NCBI GenBank assembly: GCA_041662625.1
Contig: JBAZSB010000001.1
Span: 118,467-182,466 of the forward strand
Length of the DNA stretch: 64,000 nucleotides
Source of the DNA: Patescibacteria group bacterium
GTDB taxonomy: Bacteria > Patescibacteriota > Patescibacteriia > Buchananbacterales > UBA6539
Reading direction: 5' to 3'
This document shows positions 46,070 to 55,887 of the stretch, one piece after another (positions within the stretch are counted from its first letter, which is position 1; the number at the start of each line of letters is the position of its first letter). Below the pieces are notes generated by a model. That model made no database searches and had not been told where the DNA came from. It worked only from the letters and a program-made list of their open reading frames with translations. The translations under genes were made by a program, and so were the position numbers.

Positions 46070-46180
46070 TTTTTAAATTCGAATTTTGAATTTTGAATCA
46101 ATTTTGAATATTCAAATATTATAATATTGAATCAAAATTCGAAATTAAAAATTCAAAATTATTTTAAAATTGCTTTAATC
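46070..46180. repeat. Intergenic AT-rich repeat, copy 3 (lacks the GC hairpin module)
   Basis: ttttgaattttgaatcaattttgaatattcaaatattataatattgaatcaaaattcga identical to rc of copy 1. Confidence 0.7.
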
Positions 46181-47424
46181 CTCTCTGTCTGGCTATGCCA
46201 GTCAAATTCTTCCTCAACTCTTTGCAGCCCTTGGAGACCCAATCTTTCCGCATAGGCTTGGTCGGTCAGTAATTTGATAGCGGCCTGGGCAATTTCTTCG
46301 GTATCAGTGGGATTAACTAGAATTCCTGTTTGGCCATCGAGCACAGCTTCAGGTACTCCCCCGCTTTTGCCGCCGATTACCGGTTTGCCAAATAAATTGG
46401 CTTCTAAATAAACAATGCCAAAACCTTCAACGTCGCCATTAGGCAGTCGGCGAGCGGGCATAATGAAGACATCACCGATTTGATAAAACGAAGCTAAATC
46501 ATTTTGCGTCACTGACCCGACAAATTTGACATAATCACCTAAATTATTTTGGTTGACTAGCTCTTCCAATTTTTTCCGGTTGGGGCCACCACCGACAATC
46601 AAATAAACTACATTGGGCACAGCTTTGATTATTTTAGGCAAAGCTTTGATCACCATATCATGGCCTTTTCTTTCAACCAGGCGGCCGACGGTCAAAAGAA
46701 TTTTTTTACCTTTTAGCTCATGTTCCTCGGTGATTTCGGCCATCTTCCATTCTGAAGCCTGTTCAGTTTTTAGATTAGGACCAGGATGAACAACAATCAC
46801 TTTTTCTTTTTCGGCTCCCAGCTTAATTAGTTCATCTTTAGTCCAGTAACTATTAGCAACGATATTTTGGGCATTAGCAATAATTTTCTTGAGCAAAGTT
46901 TTTTTGCGCATGAATTTTTGGGGCAAGGTAATATCCAGGCCATGTGCATAAACAATGTAAGGAATATTTTTTCTTTTTTTGTAAATCAATGCCAGCGTGC
47001 CCAAAGGTAAAATTTGGCCCACCTGGATCAATTCAATCTGATGATTTTTTATTGTTTGCGCTAAATGTTTAATAATCGAAAGCCAACGGATTGTCGCGGT
47101 AATTTTAATAATTCCGCAGATTCCTTTAGGGAAAGTCTCGGGGAAGCGATTGAGGAGTTTTTTGCGAATGATAGTAAAGTCTTGTTTTTGGTCAAAGCCT
47201 TCTGTCCCGATTTCCACCGGCGGTAAGACTACAGTTTTATCGCGAATGATAGTAAAATTTTGTTTTTGGTCAAAGCCTTCTGCTCCGATTTGCTCCGGCG
47301 CTAGTACCACAATTTTATTTGGGGGCAAATTTTTACAAACATTATAATAAAAGGTAGCCACGCCACCAAGACGGGGTGGAAAATCCAGAGTAACAAGCAG
47401 GGTTTTTTTAATGTCGGAAGACAT
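46159..47424 (-). CDS. Glycosyltransferase family 4 (GT-B, retaining) carrying an in-frame 75-bp tandem duplication
   Basis: EX7E motif EGFGIVYLEA; duplicated ...EGFDQKQ(N/D)FTIIR(D/K)K... Confidence 0.85.
   Translation of the reverse strand: MSSDIKKTLLVTLDFPPRLGGVATFYYNVCKNLPPNKIVVLAPEQIGAEGFDQKQNFTIIRDKTVVLPPVEIGTEGFDQKQDFTIIRKKLLNRFPETFPKGICGIIKITATIRWLSIIKHLAQTIKNHQIELIQVGQILPLGTLALIYKKRKNIPYIVYAHGLDITLPQKFMRKKTLLKKIIANAQNIVANSYWTKDELIKLGAEKEKVIVVHPGPNLKTEQASEWKMAEITEEHELKGKKILLTVGRLVERKGHDMVIKALPKIIKAVPNVVYLIVGGGPNRKKLEELVNQNNLGDYVKFVGSVTQNDLASFYQIGDVFIMPARRLPNGDVEGFGIVYLEANLFGKPVIGGKSGGVPEAVLDGQTGILVNPTDTEEIAQAAIKLLTDQAYAERLGLQGLQRVEEEFDWHSQTERIKAILK
47150..47300. repeat. Intragenic 75-bp x2 tandem duplication (about 92% identity)
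   Basis: cgaatgatagtaaa.t.ttgtttttggtcaaagccttctg.cccgattt repeated. Confidence 0.8.
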
Positions 47425-47457
47425 AGTAAAATTAAAAATTCGAATTTAGTAATGAAA

Positions 47458-48891
47458 TTATTTGATTCCTTTCCTGACCATTTCTTTCACTTCGATAACA
47501 GTAAAACCCTTAAACAAAAATAAACTGAAAAAATAAATCACTATGCCAAAAGGCACTAAAAACGCCAGGTGCAGGTATGGTCTAACCAGATAAATTGCTA
47601 TTATCATTATAATACTGGCACTTAATGATTTGAATACCACTTTGAATAAGACCGGCCAATCTAAGGGAATAATTTTTCTGACCCAGAAAAAATCCAAAAA
47701 AAGCAAAATGAAGTTGGTGATAAAAAAAGTAATGCCGGTCCCAAAAAAGCTTAATTTGGGGATTAAAATTATGTTTAAGATTACGGCTAAAGCCGTTATC
47801 AGGCCGCGGTTAAGAGTAGTATTTCTTTGCCGGTCACAAGAATTAAGCAGATAGCCGGTGGGAAAAGCCAAAAAGATGAAAGGAATGGCCAGACTCATGG
47901 CATAAAAAGTTGGAATAACTCTAGCGTAAGAGGGCCAAACCGAATTGATAATTTGGGGTGCTAAAATAATTAAGCCTGCCGTAATCGGTAACGAGACAAT
48001 TGTTAAATAAGCAAAAGCTTTGTCAAAGGTTTTAGCCAAAAGCTCTTTAGAATTGGCGTAGTAAAAACTAAAAGCGGGAAAAATGACAGCGGCAAACGCT
48101 GCCGGAATAATTTGCTGTAAGGCATAAACAACTTTAGCGGGGACGGCAAAAAAGCCAACAGCAGCATCTGAATCTAGATAACCCAAAAGGACTGAATCTG
48201 AAGTATTATAAATTTTGACAAAAATTCCGGCCAAAGCAAAAGCTGGGACAATTTTTAAAAAGTATTTGACAATTTCTGGATCATACTGGGGAGCCAGAGA
48301 AAATTTAAGTTTAAATTTTAAAAGGCTTAAAGACAGCAAAAAATTAAAAATGCTGGCAACCAGCAAGGCCAGCATCAAGTATTTGACATTATGAGTGGTA
48401 AATAATGCAATAATTCCCAAAGTGAAAATAATGATTTGGACCAAAATCGTAGCGATACTTTCATATTTCATGATTTGTCTAGCTCGGAAAATCACCCAAA
48501 AACTTAGCGAGAAAGAATCTAAAAGCATGATTACGCTTGCCAAATAAACCAAGATCCGGACGTTTTCGGGTTTACCCGTGACATTAATAACTACCCAGGC
48601 AACGATCATAGTGATAGCAGCAAGTGGAATTTTCAAACCTAAAATGTTTTTCAAATAAATATTAGCCTGTTCTTTGCTTTTGGCCGCTTCTCTGGTGAGG
48701 ACTGGCGATAAGCCCAAATCAATGAAGATGGAAAACATGGTGGTAAAAGAAAGAGCAAAAATATACTGGCCTAATTGGTTGGGAAATAAATTGTTAGAAA
48801 TGAACCAAAAATAAATAAAAGCCAGAATTTTCTGGAGAGTGAGTGCGGCAGTATAATAAGTTGTATTTTTAGTCAAACTTGGATTAGACAT
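47458..48891 (-). CDS. Polysaccharide/O-unit flippase, MOP superfamily (Wzx-like)
   Basis: About 14 TM, 477 aa, within the GT cluster. Confidence 0.7.
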   Translation of the reverse strand: MSNPSLTKNTTYYTAALTLQKILAFIYFWFISNNLFPNQLGQYIFALSFTTMFSIFIDLGLSPVLTREAAKSKEQANIYLKNILGLKIPLAAITMIVAWVVINVTGKPENVRILVYLASVIMLLDSFSLSFWVIFRARQIMKYESIATILVQIIIFTLGIIALFTTHNVKYLMLALLVASIFNFLLSLSLLKFKLKFSLAPQYDPEIVKYFLKIVPAFALAGIFVKIYNTSDSVLLGYLDSDAAVGFFAVPAKVVYALQQIIPAAFAAVIFPAFSFYYANSKELLAKTFDKAFAYLTIVSLPITAGLIILAPQIINSVWPSYARVIPTFYAMSLAIPFIFLAFPTGYLLNSCDRQRNTTLNRGLITALAVILNIILIPKLSFFGTGITFFITNFILLFLDFFWVRKIIPLDWPVLFKVVFKSLSASIIMIIAIYLVRPYLHLAFLVPFGIVIYFFSLFLFKGFTVIEVKEMVRKGIK

Positions 48892-49008
48892 GCCTTAATT
48901 TTGCCATTTTTTTGCTTTTTAGTCAAAACAAAAAAGATCAGGCTCAGCACCTGCATCCAAGTAATCAAAAAGACGGTCTGATATTAGACCAGTCTTAATG
49001 GTTTTATT

Positions 49009-49257
49009 TCAACTAATTCCCAATACCTGTGAGAGTTTTTGTTGGTCAAAGCCAACAATCATTTCTTCTTGACCATCTTTTTCGACAATAATAACCGGGG
49101 TTCCCATTTGACCTGATTTTTTGATCATTATTTCGGCCTCATCAGGATTAGCTAAAACATCAATATCTTGGTATTCAATCTTATTTTCATCTAAAAACCT
49201 CTTTGCCATTTTACAATAAGGACAAGTCGGCAGAGAATAAATTGTAACTTTTGTCAT
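49009..49257 (-). CDS. Glutaredoxin/NrdH-like redoxin
   Basis: CPYC active site, 82 aa. Confidence 0.8.
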   Translation of the reverse strand: MTKVTIYSLPTCPYCKMAKRFLDENKIEYQDIDVLANPDEAEIMIKKSGQMGTPVIIVEKDGQEEMIVGFDQQKLSQVLGIS

Positions 49258-49270
49258 AATTTAAAAGTGA

Positions 49271-49603
49271 TTATTTTTTCAGACCAAAAAAGGCAAAAAA
49301 GCCGTAAAAGAATATTAAGGGCGGGGCAAAAACACCTAAAATTCCGATCAACCCGAGCCAGCCCATCTTCCAGACATCTTTAGGTTCACCTTTATTGATA
49401 TACGTTAGAACGTTATAAATTACCGAGACAGCAAAGATTAAAGTCAGCATCAGAGCAGTAATAAACAAGACCGCCTCCTCAATCCTGAAAATAGCATAAA
49501 TAAAATTGTGAATAACTACGACGATAAGTGTGGCCGCCGCTAGCCAAAACGGCAAAAGGGTCGCCGGTTCCAAAAAAGTCTTTTTTTTCATGAAGTTTTT
49601 CAT
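49271..49603 (-). CDS. Hypothetical membrane protein (110 aa)
   Basis: 3 TM. Confidence 0.4.
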   Translation of the reverse strand: MKNFMKKKTFLEPATLLPFWLAAATLIVVVIHNFIYAIFRIEEAVLFITALMLTLIFAVSVIYNVLTYINKGEPKDVWKMGWLGLIGILGVFAPPLIFFYGFFAFFGLKK

Positions 49604-49684
49604 AAAGCCTCCTTTTAATATTTAAGTAACCTACTTTAATCCTCTCATTTATTTAACTTTATGTCAAAGCCGGCTGGTTGATTT

Positions 49685-50683
49685 TTACGGCTGCAAAATA
49701 TCTTCTGTTCGGCCGTCAATCGAGATAATTACATTATTTACGGTCGGGAATTGTTTTAAGGTTTGCCTAATTTGACTGCTGATTGCCGCCACCCGGCAGG
49801 AACCGCCGACTGCATACTCCAGTTGGGCGTTAAAGTCGACTTTGGCAGTGCCATTTTCAATATTTAAGCTTTGGATTTTAACTCCGGGATTAATTGAGGT
49901 AAAATAACCATCATTTTTTTCCGTTTCAGTTGGCCCTTTTAGTAATTCTTCTAAAGCAGCTCGGCCAATGGCTTCGGTTTTAACAATCGTTCTTTGGATT
50001 GCAAAAACCTTAGTACAATCCATCACTTCAGGATCAAACTGGGAATTACCAAAATAAACATTGATATTATCAGTCTCTGGTTGGCTCAAAATCAAGGGAA
50101 TAGTTATTTGTTCATCGTTTTGGGGTAAGCCGGAAGGGTTATCGCGCTGTAAAACCAAGGTCACTGGTATCTGGCCGCTTTGGCTTAAAATACTGCCGAC
50201 AATTTCGGCTTCGAAAGGCACAAAGTCCGTTGTCATCCAGTCGCTTTTGGCTGAAGCAATAGTTTGAGCAATGACTTGATTATTAGCATCGAGTAGTTTA
50301 ACTGGGAATGAAGCCTCAAAAAACCAATTGCCTCGGGCTTCCCCGGTAATGGTTAAAGGGAAAGTGAATTCTTGGTTTTTGTTTGGCGAATAAACAATAA
50401 TTTTGTTGCCGACCTGACATTCATTGCGGAAATAAGCCCATTCTTCACATTTGGAACCATCAGAAAAAGTGCAAATGCCAATTTGATTGCCAACTAATCC
50501 GCCAGCGTCTTCGATGATATTTAAGGTACCGCTGTCTTGCTCGCATTTAACTGAAGCGGGGTTAGCTAAGCCGACATTAGTGTTAGTTTGTCCTTCTTGT
50601 TTTGAAGATTGTATCAGTTTTAGGCAACCGGTCAACAAAAGAGTCAGGATAAGAATTGAAATCAAAAAAAGATTTTTTTTCAT
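49685..50683 (-). CDS. Lipoprotein with DUF333 (putative haemolysin-like) N-domain and GerMN/Gmad2-like C-domains
   Basis: Lipobox LLTGC; CEQDSG...CTFSDGSKCEEWAYFRNEC; GerMN-like C-terminus. Confidence 0.55.
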   Translation of the reverse strand: MKKNLFLISILILTLLLTGCLKLIQSSKQEGQTNTNVGLANPASVKCEQDSGTLNIIEDAGGLVGNQIGICTFSDGSKCEEWAYFRNECQVGNKIIVYSPNKNQEFTFPLTITGEARGNWFFEASFPVKLLDANNQVIAQTIASAKSDWMTTDFVPFEAEIVGSILSQSGQIPVTLVLQRDNPSGLPQNDEQITIPLILSQPETDNINVYFGNSQFDPEVMDCTKVFAIQRTIVKTEAIGRAALEELLKGPTETEKNDGYFTSINPGVKIQSLNIENGTAKVDFNAQLEYAVGGSCRVAAISSQIRQTLKQFPTVNNVIISIDGRTEDILQP

Positions 50684-50693
50684 AGAGACTAAA

Positions 50694-51179
50694 TTAAATA
50701 TTTAAGGTAGCAAGCCACTCGGCTAATTTTTTCTTATTTTCAGCTTGATTTCTCAGCGGTTCTCTAAAAGCAATTTCTCCGATTATCTCATTACCCGTTA
50801 ATTCCGATTTTAGATTAGTTAAAGCCTTGCCCGGCATCCCATCATGACAGCAAAATAAAGCAATTTTTTTATTGGTCAGTTCATTTTGGCTCAGAAAAGT
50901 CCGCAGGGCCGGGGCAAAACTAAAAGCCCAGACCTGTGTGCCTAAAATTATTAGGTTGTAATCAGCTATATTTTTTGTTAAAGGTAAGAGCTTTGGTTTT
51001 TCTTTGGTCATGACCTGCTTGCCGCCCCAAAAAATTGTCCGCAAATCGTGGCTGCTTTTAAATTCTTTTTCCAGTTTTAATTCCAAAATTTCGCCACTAG
51101 TGATTTCGGCGATAGTTTGGGCAATAAATTTAGTGTTGCCGGTCAATGAATAAAAAATGATTATTGGTTTTTCTGTCAT
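50694..51179 (-). CDS. Flavodoxin
   Basis: IIFYSLTGNTKFIA FMN-binding loop. Confidence 0.75.
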   Translation of the reverse strand: MTEKPIIIFYSLTGNTKFIAQTIAEITSGEILELKLEKEFKSSHDLRTIFWGGKQVMTKEKPKLLPLTKNIADYNLIILGTQVWAFSFAPALRTFLSQNELTNKKIALFCCHDGMPGKALTNLKSELTGNEIIGEIAFREPLRNQAENKKKLAEWLATLNI

Positions 51180-51185
51180 AATTAT

Positions 51186-51650
51186 TTAGCGGTTTAATAA
51201 CCAAACTTGGTAAGTTAGATAGGTGGCAAAACAAACCCAGCCAAAATATGGTAGCAGTAAGATTGCCGCTGCTAGTGAATAAGGCCAAATCAAAATAATT
51301 AAGGCTAGAACAGAAATACCTAAAAGTCCGGCTTCAAAAACAGCCGGACCAATTAGATTTAAGCCGAAAAAAAGATAGCTCCAGCCAACATTCAATAAGG
51401 CATTGACGATAAAAAGTAAGATAATAAGCCAGAAATTTCTTTCTGTAAAATAACGGTTCCAGATAATCAATACTGAGATAGTGGCTAAAATGAAAATTAC
51501 GGTCCAAACTGTGCCAATGACTGAGCCTGGTGGTGTCCAGCTGGGCAGGTTAATACTTTTGTACCAACTCATTCCTCGATTAGTCAGCCAACTGCCAAGG
51601 GCGGCGGTTAAAAAGGTTAGAATAGGAATGATTAAATAATTTGGTTTCAT
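51186..51650 (-). CDS. TspO/MBR (tryptophan-rich sensory protein) family
   Basis: WY.SINLPSWTPPG...VWTVIF motif, 5 TM. Confidence 0.7.
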   Translation of the reverse strand: MKPNYLIIPILTFLTAALGSWLTNRGMSWYKSINLPSWTPPGSVIGTVWTVIFILATISVLIIWNRYFTERNFWLIILLFIVNALLNVGWSYLFFGLNLIGPAVFEAGLLGISVLALIILIWPYSLAAAILLLPYFGWVCFATYLTYQVWLLNR

Positions 51651-52034
51651 AAGCTAATTTTCTCATTTTTAGGTTTCTTAGTCAAACAAAAAATAAGGCC
51701 AAAAGCCTTTTTAGATATGCGAAAAGACTGAGTGCTTTTCGGGATGATGGCGAAATGCGAGAATGAAGTTGTTGTTGTGGGGGTATTGTATTGAGGTGTT
51801 GCACGAAAGTGTGCGGCGTATGGTAGAGAAGAAGTGGGGGGTGATGGGTTCTGAACCCATCTAAGGTACAAAACTCATCACCCATCGCCTCATATCTCTA
51901 TTCCCCTTTTAAACTTCAATCTATTCTCAGTCTTCAATTATATTTTACCATACTGATATTGGCTGTCAATAGTTTTTTATTTTGCGGAGTTGAGAGAATT
52001 TTTTTAGTTATCCCCAATTTGGTTTTTTAAAGTA

Positions 52035-52067
52035 AAAAAAGAACCAGCTTAGTCGCTGGTTCTTTTG
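52035..52067 (-). terminator. Rho-independent terminator for the rpsI-rplM unit (agaaccagc gactaa gctggttct + T7 on the - strand)
   Basis: 9-bp stem + T-run. Confidence 0.6.
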
Positions 52068-52090
52068 AATGATATTTATTGATTTTGTAA

Positions 52091-52552
52091 TTACCGTTTG
52101 CTGAACTGAGGGGCACGCCGGGCGCGTTTGAGACCTGGTTTTTTCCGTTCTTTGCGCCGCGGATCGCGCCGAAGATAACCCTGATGTTTCAAAACTTTCC
52201 TAAAGTCTTTTTCAAAAATCACTAAAACCCGGGCAATGCCGTGTCTAGCAGCTTCGGCTTGACCGCTAGGCCCGCCGCCGGCGACTTTGATTGAAATATT
52301 GAATTCTTTGAGCTTACCCAGTGTTTCTAGTGGTTGAGTAACTGTTTGGCGTAATTCAAAAGTGGGAAAATATTTATCGTATTCTTTATCGTTAACTGTG
52401 ATTTTTCCTTCTCCTTTTTTAAAGAGGCGAACTCGGGCAACCGCTTTTTTTCGACGACCGACGGCATATAAATAGCTATGTCGTACCCGCTTTTTTTCGG
52501 CTTCGCTTTCTTTTTTTTCTTCAACTTTTTTTGGTCGAGGCATAGATAACAA
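52091..52552 (-). CDS. rpsI: Ribosomal protein S9
   Basis: C-terminal ...RRAPQFSKR. Confidence 0.9.
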   Translation of the reverse strand: MLSMPRPKKVEEKKESEAEKKRVRHSYLYAVGRRKKAVARVRLFKKGEGKITVNDKEYDKYFPTFELRQTVTQPLETLGKLKEFNISIKVAGGGPSGQAEAARHGIARVLVIFEKDFRKVLKHQGYLRRDPRRKERKKPGLKRARRAPQFSKR

Positions 52553-52577
52553 TTAACATTTAACCATTAGCAATTGA

Positions 52578-52997
52578 CTAATTAGTAATTTTTAGCCGCT
52601 TAATCATTTTGGCTCTTAACTTATTTTTTGGTAGCATATTCCAGACTGCTCTTTTTAAAACCTCTGAGGGATTTTTGGAAAAAACTTCATTCATTTTTTT
52701 TATTTTTAAACCACCGGGGTAGCCGGAATAATGATAATAAACTTTTTGATTTAATTTTTTACCGCTGGTTTTGATTTTAGCGGCGTTAATAACGATGATA
52801 TTATTACCCCCTTCGATATGATGTTGAAAAGTTGGCTTATTTTTGCCCCGTAATAAAATAGAGATTTCCGAAGCTAACCGTCCCAAAATTTTAGCCGTGG
52901 CATCAATTTTATAAGTTTCCCGCACCACTGTCAGCTTTTTCTTTTTGGCCGGTTTAATTATTCGTTTGGTTTGTTTTTTTAAATCTTTGGTTACCAT
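52578..52997 (-). CDS. rplM: Ribosomal protein L13
   Basis: YKIDATAKILGRLAS motif; start trimmed to MVTKDLKK (the ORF as drawn overlaps L17). Confidence 0.85.
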   Translation of the reverse strand: MVTKDLKKQTKRIIKPAKKKKLTVVRETYKIDATAKILGRLASEISILLRGKNKPTFQHHIEGGNNIIVINAAKIKTSGKKLNQKVYYHYSGYPGGLKIKKMNEVFSKNPSEVLKRAVWNMLPKNKLRAKMIKRLKITN

Positions 52998-53001
52998 AAG
53001 A

Positions 53002-53352
53002 TTAAACAAATTCGATTTGGACAATTTCTGCTCCATCACCTTGTCTTCGACCTAAATTGATAATTCTTAAATAACCACCCTGGCGTTCTTTGTAACGCGG
53101 GCCCAAGACTTCCAAAGCTTTATTAACAGCTTTTTTATGATAAAGGATGGTTAGAAGTTTTCGGCGAGCAGTTAAGTCATTCTTTTTGGCAGTCGTAATT
53201 AATTTCTCGACTAAAGGTTTAACGGCTTTAGCTTTTGCTTTGGTCGTTTTGATTTTTTCATAAATAACAATACTGGTCGCTAAACTGCGCAGCAAAGCTT
53301 CTCGCGATTCTTTTTTTCGGTCCAAGATTTTTCCTTTTTTTCGATGACGCAT
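53002..53352 (-). CDS. rplQ: Ribosomal protein L17
   Basis: MRHRKKGKILDRKK...LATSIV. Confidence 0.9.
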   Translation of the reverse strand: MRHRKKGKILDRKKESREALLRSLATSIVIYEKIKTTKAKAKAVKPLVEKLITTAKKNDLTARRKLLTILYHKKAVNKALEVLGPRYKERQGGYLRIINLGRRQGDGAEIVQIEFV

Positions 53353-53367
53353 AAATACCAGTCGGAC

Positions 53368-54216
53368 TTATTTTTTATCTTCTTTTTTATCGGCTTTTTT
53401 TGTTCGTTTTCGGCCAACTTTTGCTTCCGGCTCAGACGCCACGGCCTCCGTGTCGCTTTCGCTAGCTTTTTCTTCTTTTTCTTTGGCTTTCTTTTCCTTG
53501 GTTGTTTTTTTAGCCTTAACTTCTGGGACAACTTGATCAGCAATAAATTGGAAATGGTTGATTAAAATTTGAGTTGCTTGGTTTAAAGCTTCCTGCGGCG
53601 AGATTGAGCCATCAGTTTCAATCGTTAAGATCAAATTTTCATAGTTTGTCATCTGGCCGACCCGAATACTTTCAAGATTAAAACCGACATTTTTGACGGG
53701 GGTAAAAATGGAATCAATCATGATCATATTGGTTTCCAAATCTTCTTTTTCTCTCGTTTCGGTCGGGATATAGCCTCGGCCCTGGGTGGCAACAATTTCA
53801 ATCTCTAGTTCCGCCTCTTTATTGGTTAAAGTGGCGATAACTAAATCAGAGTTGATAACTTCCACATCGCTATTAGTCTTGATATCTTTAGCGGTGACTA
53901 CTTTTTCACCCTTAGCTTTAAGTTCCAGACGAACCGGTTCTTCTGAATAAACCTTTAATCGTAGTTGTTTTAAATTTAAAGAGATTTCCACCAGGTCTTC
54001 TTTGACATAAGGAACAGTTGAAAATTCATGACTAACCCCTTTGATTTTAAAAGCGGTGACGGCGGCTCCTGGTAAAGAAGATAACATCACCCGGCGTAAA
54101 GCATTACCCAAAGTGGTACCATAGCCAGGATGGCAAGGTTGGATACTAATAATTTCTTCGTTTTGTTTTTGGCCCGGCCGAGCTTCAATTTTTGAGGGCA
54201 AAGGAATATTTTCCAT
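53368..54216 (-). CDS. rpoA: RNA polymerase alpha subunit with N-terminal domain only; canonical alpha-CTD replaced by a 50-aa K/E-rich tail
   Basis: YGTTLGNALRRVMLSS NTD motifs; C-terminus KKTTKEKKAKEKEEK...KKADKKEDKK with no HhH module; 282 aa. Confidence 0.85.
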   Translation of the reverse strand: MENIPLPSKIEARPGQKQNEEIISIQPCHPGYGTTLGNALRRVMLSSLPGAAVTAFKIKGVSHEFSTVPYVKEDLVEISLNLKQLRLKVYSEEPVRLELKAKGEKVVTAKDIKTNSDVEVINSDLVIATLTNKEAELEIEIVATQGRGYIPTETREKEDLETNMIMIDSIFTPVKNVGFNLESIRVGQMTNYENLILTIETDGSISPQEALNQATQILINHFQFIADQVVPEVKAKKTTKEKKAKEKEEKASESDTEAVASEPEAKVGRKRTKKADKKEDKK

Positions 54217-54248
54217 AATTTTTTTATTCCGCCTTTGGCGGAAATTAA

Positions 54249-54878
54249 TTATCTTGAATAAAACTCAACGATTAGTCGGGGGTTGAATATTTGTTCAAGT
54301 GCACTCCCGCTTGGTTTATTTAAAATTTTTGCCGTTTTGGTTTTTAAATCAAAACTAATCCAACCCGGGGCTTCTTGCTTTTCTAATTTTTTTTCTAAAT
54401 CAGTGAAATTTTTTACTTTGATTTTTTCTGGCTTAATGGTGATTTCATCTTTAGCTTTAAGCTGGTAGGACGGGATATTAACAGTTTTACCATTAACTAA
54501 AAATAGATTATGGCCCACCATTTGTCGCGCTTGCTTTCTTGATTTGGCAAGATTCAGGCGATAAATAACATTATCTAGTCTCATTTCTAAGAGTTGTTGG
54601 ATAATTTCTCCCGTGTCCCCTTTTTGCGTAATTGCCTTGCGGTAATAATTTCGGAATTGTCTTTCTAAAATGCCATAAACCCTTTTTGCTTTTTGTTTTT
54701 CGCGTAATTGCTGGCCATATTCTGTCTGCCGGCGCCGTCCCTTAGGACCGTGGAGACCAGGCGGATAATTCCTTTTCAAAATCGCGCATTTCGGTGAAAA
54801 ACATCTCTCACCTTTCAAAAAGAGTTTTGTACTCTCACGTCGACATTGTTTACATTTTGGATCTAAAGTTTTTGCCAT
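54249..54878 (-). CDS. rpsD: Ribosomal protein S4 (zinc-ribbon form)
   Basis: CKQCRRE...C..C and S4 domain. Confidence 0.9.
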   Translation of the reverse strand: MAKTLDPKCKQCRRESTKLFLKGERCFSPKCAILKRNYPPGLHGPKGRRRQTEYGQQLREKQKAKRVYGILERQFRNYYRKAITQKGDTGEIIQQLLEMRLDNVIYRLNLAKSRKQARQMVGHNLFLVNGKTVNIPSYQLKAKDEITIKPEKIKVKNFTDLEKKLEKQEAPGWISFDLKTKTAKILNKPSGSALEQIFNPRLIVEFYSR

Positions 54879-54884
54879 AGATTA

Positions 54885-55340
54885 TTAAACTCGTCTTGGT
54901 TTTTTAGGTCGGCAACCGTTATGAGGAATCGGGGTCACGTCTTTGATACTTAAAACATTAATGCCATTAGTGTTGATTGATCGGATAGCGGCTTCTCGGC
55001 CACCGCCAACACCTTTAACAAAAACGTTAACTTCTTTGAGACCATAGGGTTTGACTCGTTCAGCGGCCTTTTGGACAATTATGCCGGCGGCATAAGGCGT
55101 TGATTTTTTTGGGCCGCGGAAACCAACTTGGCCAGCCGAACACTGAGTCAAAGTATCACCGTTTTGATCGGTAAAAGTAATAACGGTATTATTATAGGTT
55201 GCTTTAACATAAGCCCGGCCGGAAGTAACCTGCCTTTTCATTTTTTTCTTGGAAACAGTTTTAGCTTTAACTTCCTTTTCTGGAGCTTCTTTTGTTTCCT
55301 CGGTTTCGGTAGAGGGTTTTTTAACTTTCTGTTGACCCAT
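54885..55340 (-). CDS. rpsK: Ribosomal protein S11
   Basis: K-rich N-terminal extension + S11 core. Confidence 0.9.
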   Translation of the reverse strand: MGQQKVKKPSTETEETKEAPEKEVKAKTVSKKKMKRQVTSGRAYVKATYNNTVITFTDQNGDTLTQCSAGQVGFRGPKKSTPYAAGIIVQKAAERVKPYGLKEVNVFVKGVGGGREAAIRSINTNGINVLSIKDVTPIPHNGCRPKKPRRV

Positions 55341-55381
55341 AGATTAGGGATTAGGTTATATAGGTTATTAGGGATTAGGTT
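55341..55381. repeat. Heptamer repeat (GATTAGG / CCTAATC) filling the rpsM-rpsK intergenic and abutting the rpsK start codon
   Basis: minus strand: ccctaataacctatataacctaatccctaatctATG. Confidence 0.7.
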
Positions 55382-55764
55382 TTTTGGGCAGTTGGTTTGC
55401 GGCCAGAACCCATGGTTCGTCTGACATTACCGCGAACCGTTCGGGTGTTGGTTTTAGTTCTTTGGCCACGGCAGGGTAAACCTTTAGCATGGCGAGAACC
55501 ACGATAGCTATCAATTTCTTTCAATCTTTTGATATTTAATAAAATTTCTCTTTTTAGTTCACCTTCTACTTTATGGTTTTTTTCAATAATTTCTCTCAGC
55601 CGGTTAGTTTCTTCGTCGGTTAAATTTTTGACGCGGGTATTAGGATCAACTTTGGCTTCCTTTAAAATTTTGTTGGCAGAAGTTTTGCCAATGCCAAAAA
55701 TATAAGTCAAACCGATTTCCACTCTTTTGTCGTTAGGTAAGGTTATGCCCGCAATTCTTGCCAT
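55375..55764 (-). CDS. rpsM: Ribosomal protein S13
   Basis: [10 protein letters not shown]... Confidence 0.9.
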   Translation of the reverse strand: MARIAGITLPNDKRVEIGLTYIFGIGKTSANKILKEAKVDPNTRVKNLTDEETNRLREIIEKNHKVEGELKREILLNIKRLKEIDSYRGSRHAKGLPCRGQRTKTNTRTVRGNVRRTMGSGRKPTAQKT

Positions 55765-55773
55765 AAGTAGTAA

Positions 55774-55887
55774 TTAGCCTTGTCTTTGGCGATGTCTCGG
55801 ATTTTTACAAATAATATGAACCCGCTTTTTGCGGCGGATTACTTTGCAATCTTTACAAATTTTTTTTACTGAAGCTTTAACTTTCAT
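55774..55887 (-). CDS. rpmJ: Ribosomal protein L36 (37 aa; below the ORF-track cutoff)
   Basis: Manual translation [37 protein letters not shown]. Confidence 0.85.
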   Translation of the reverse strand: MKVKASVKKICKDCKVIRRKKRVHIICKNPRHRQRQG

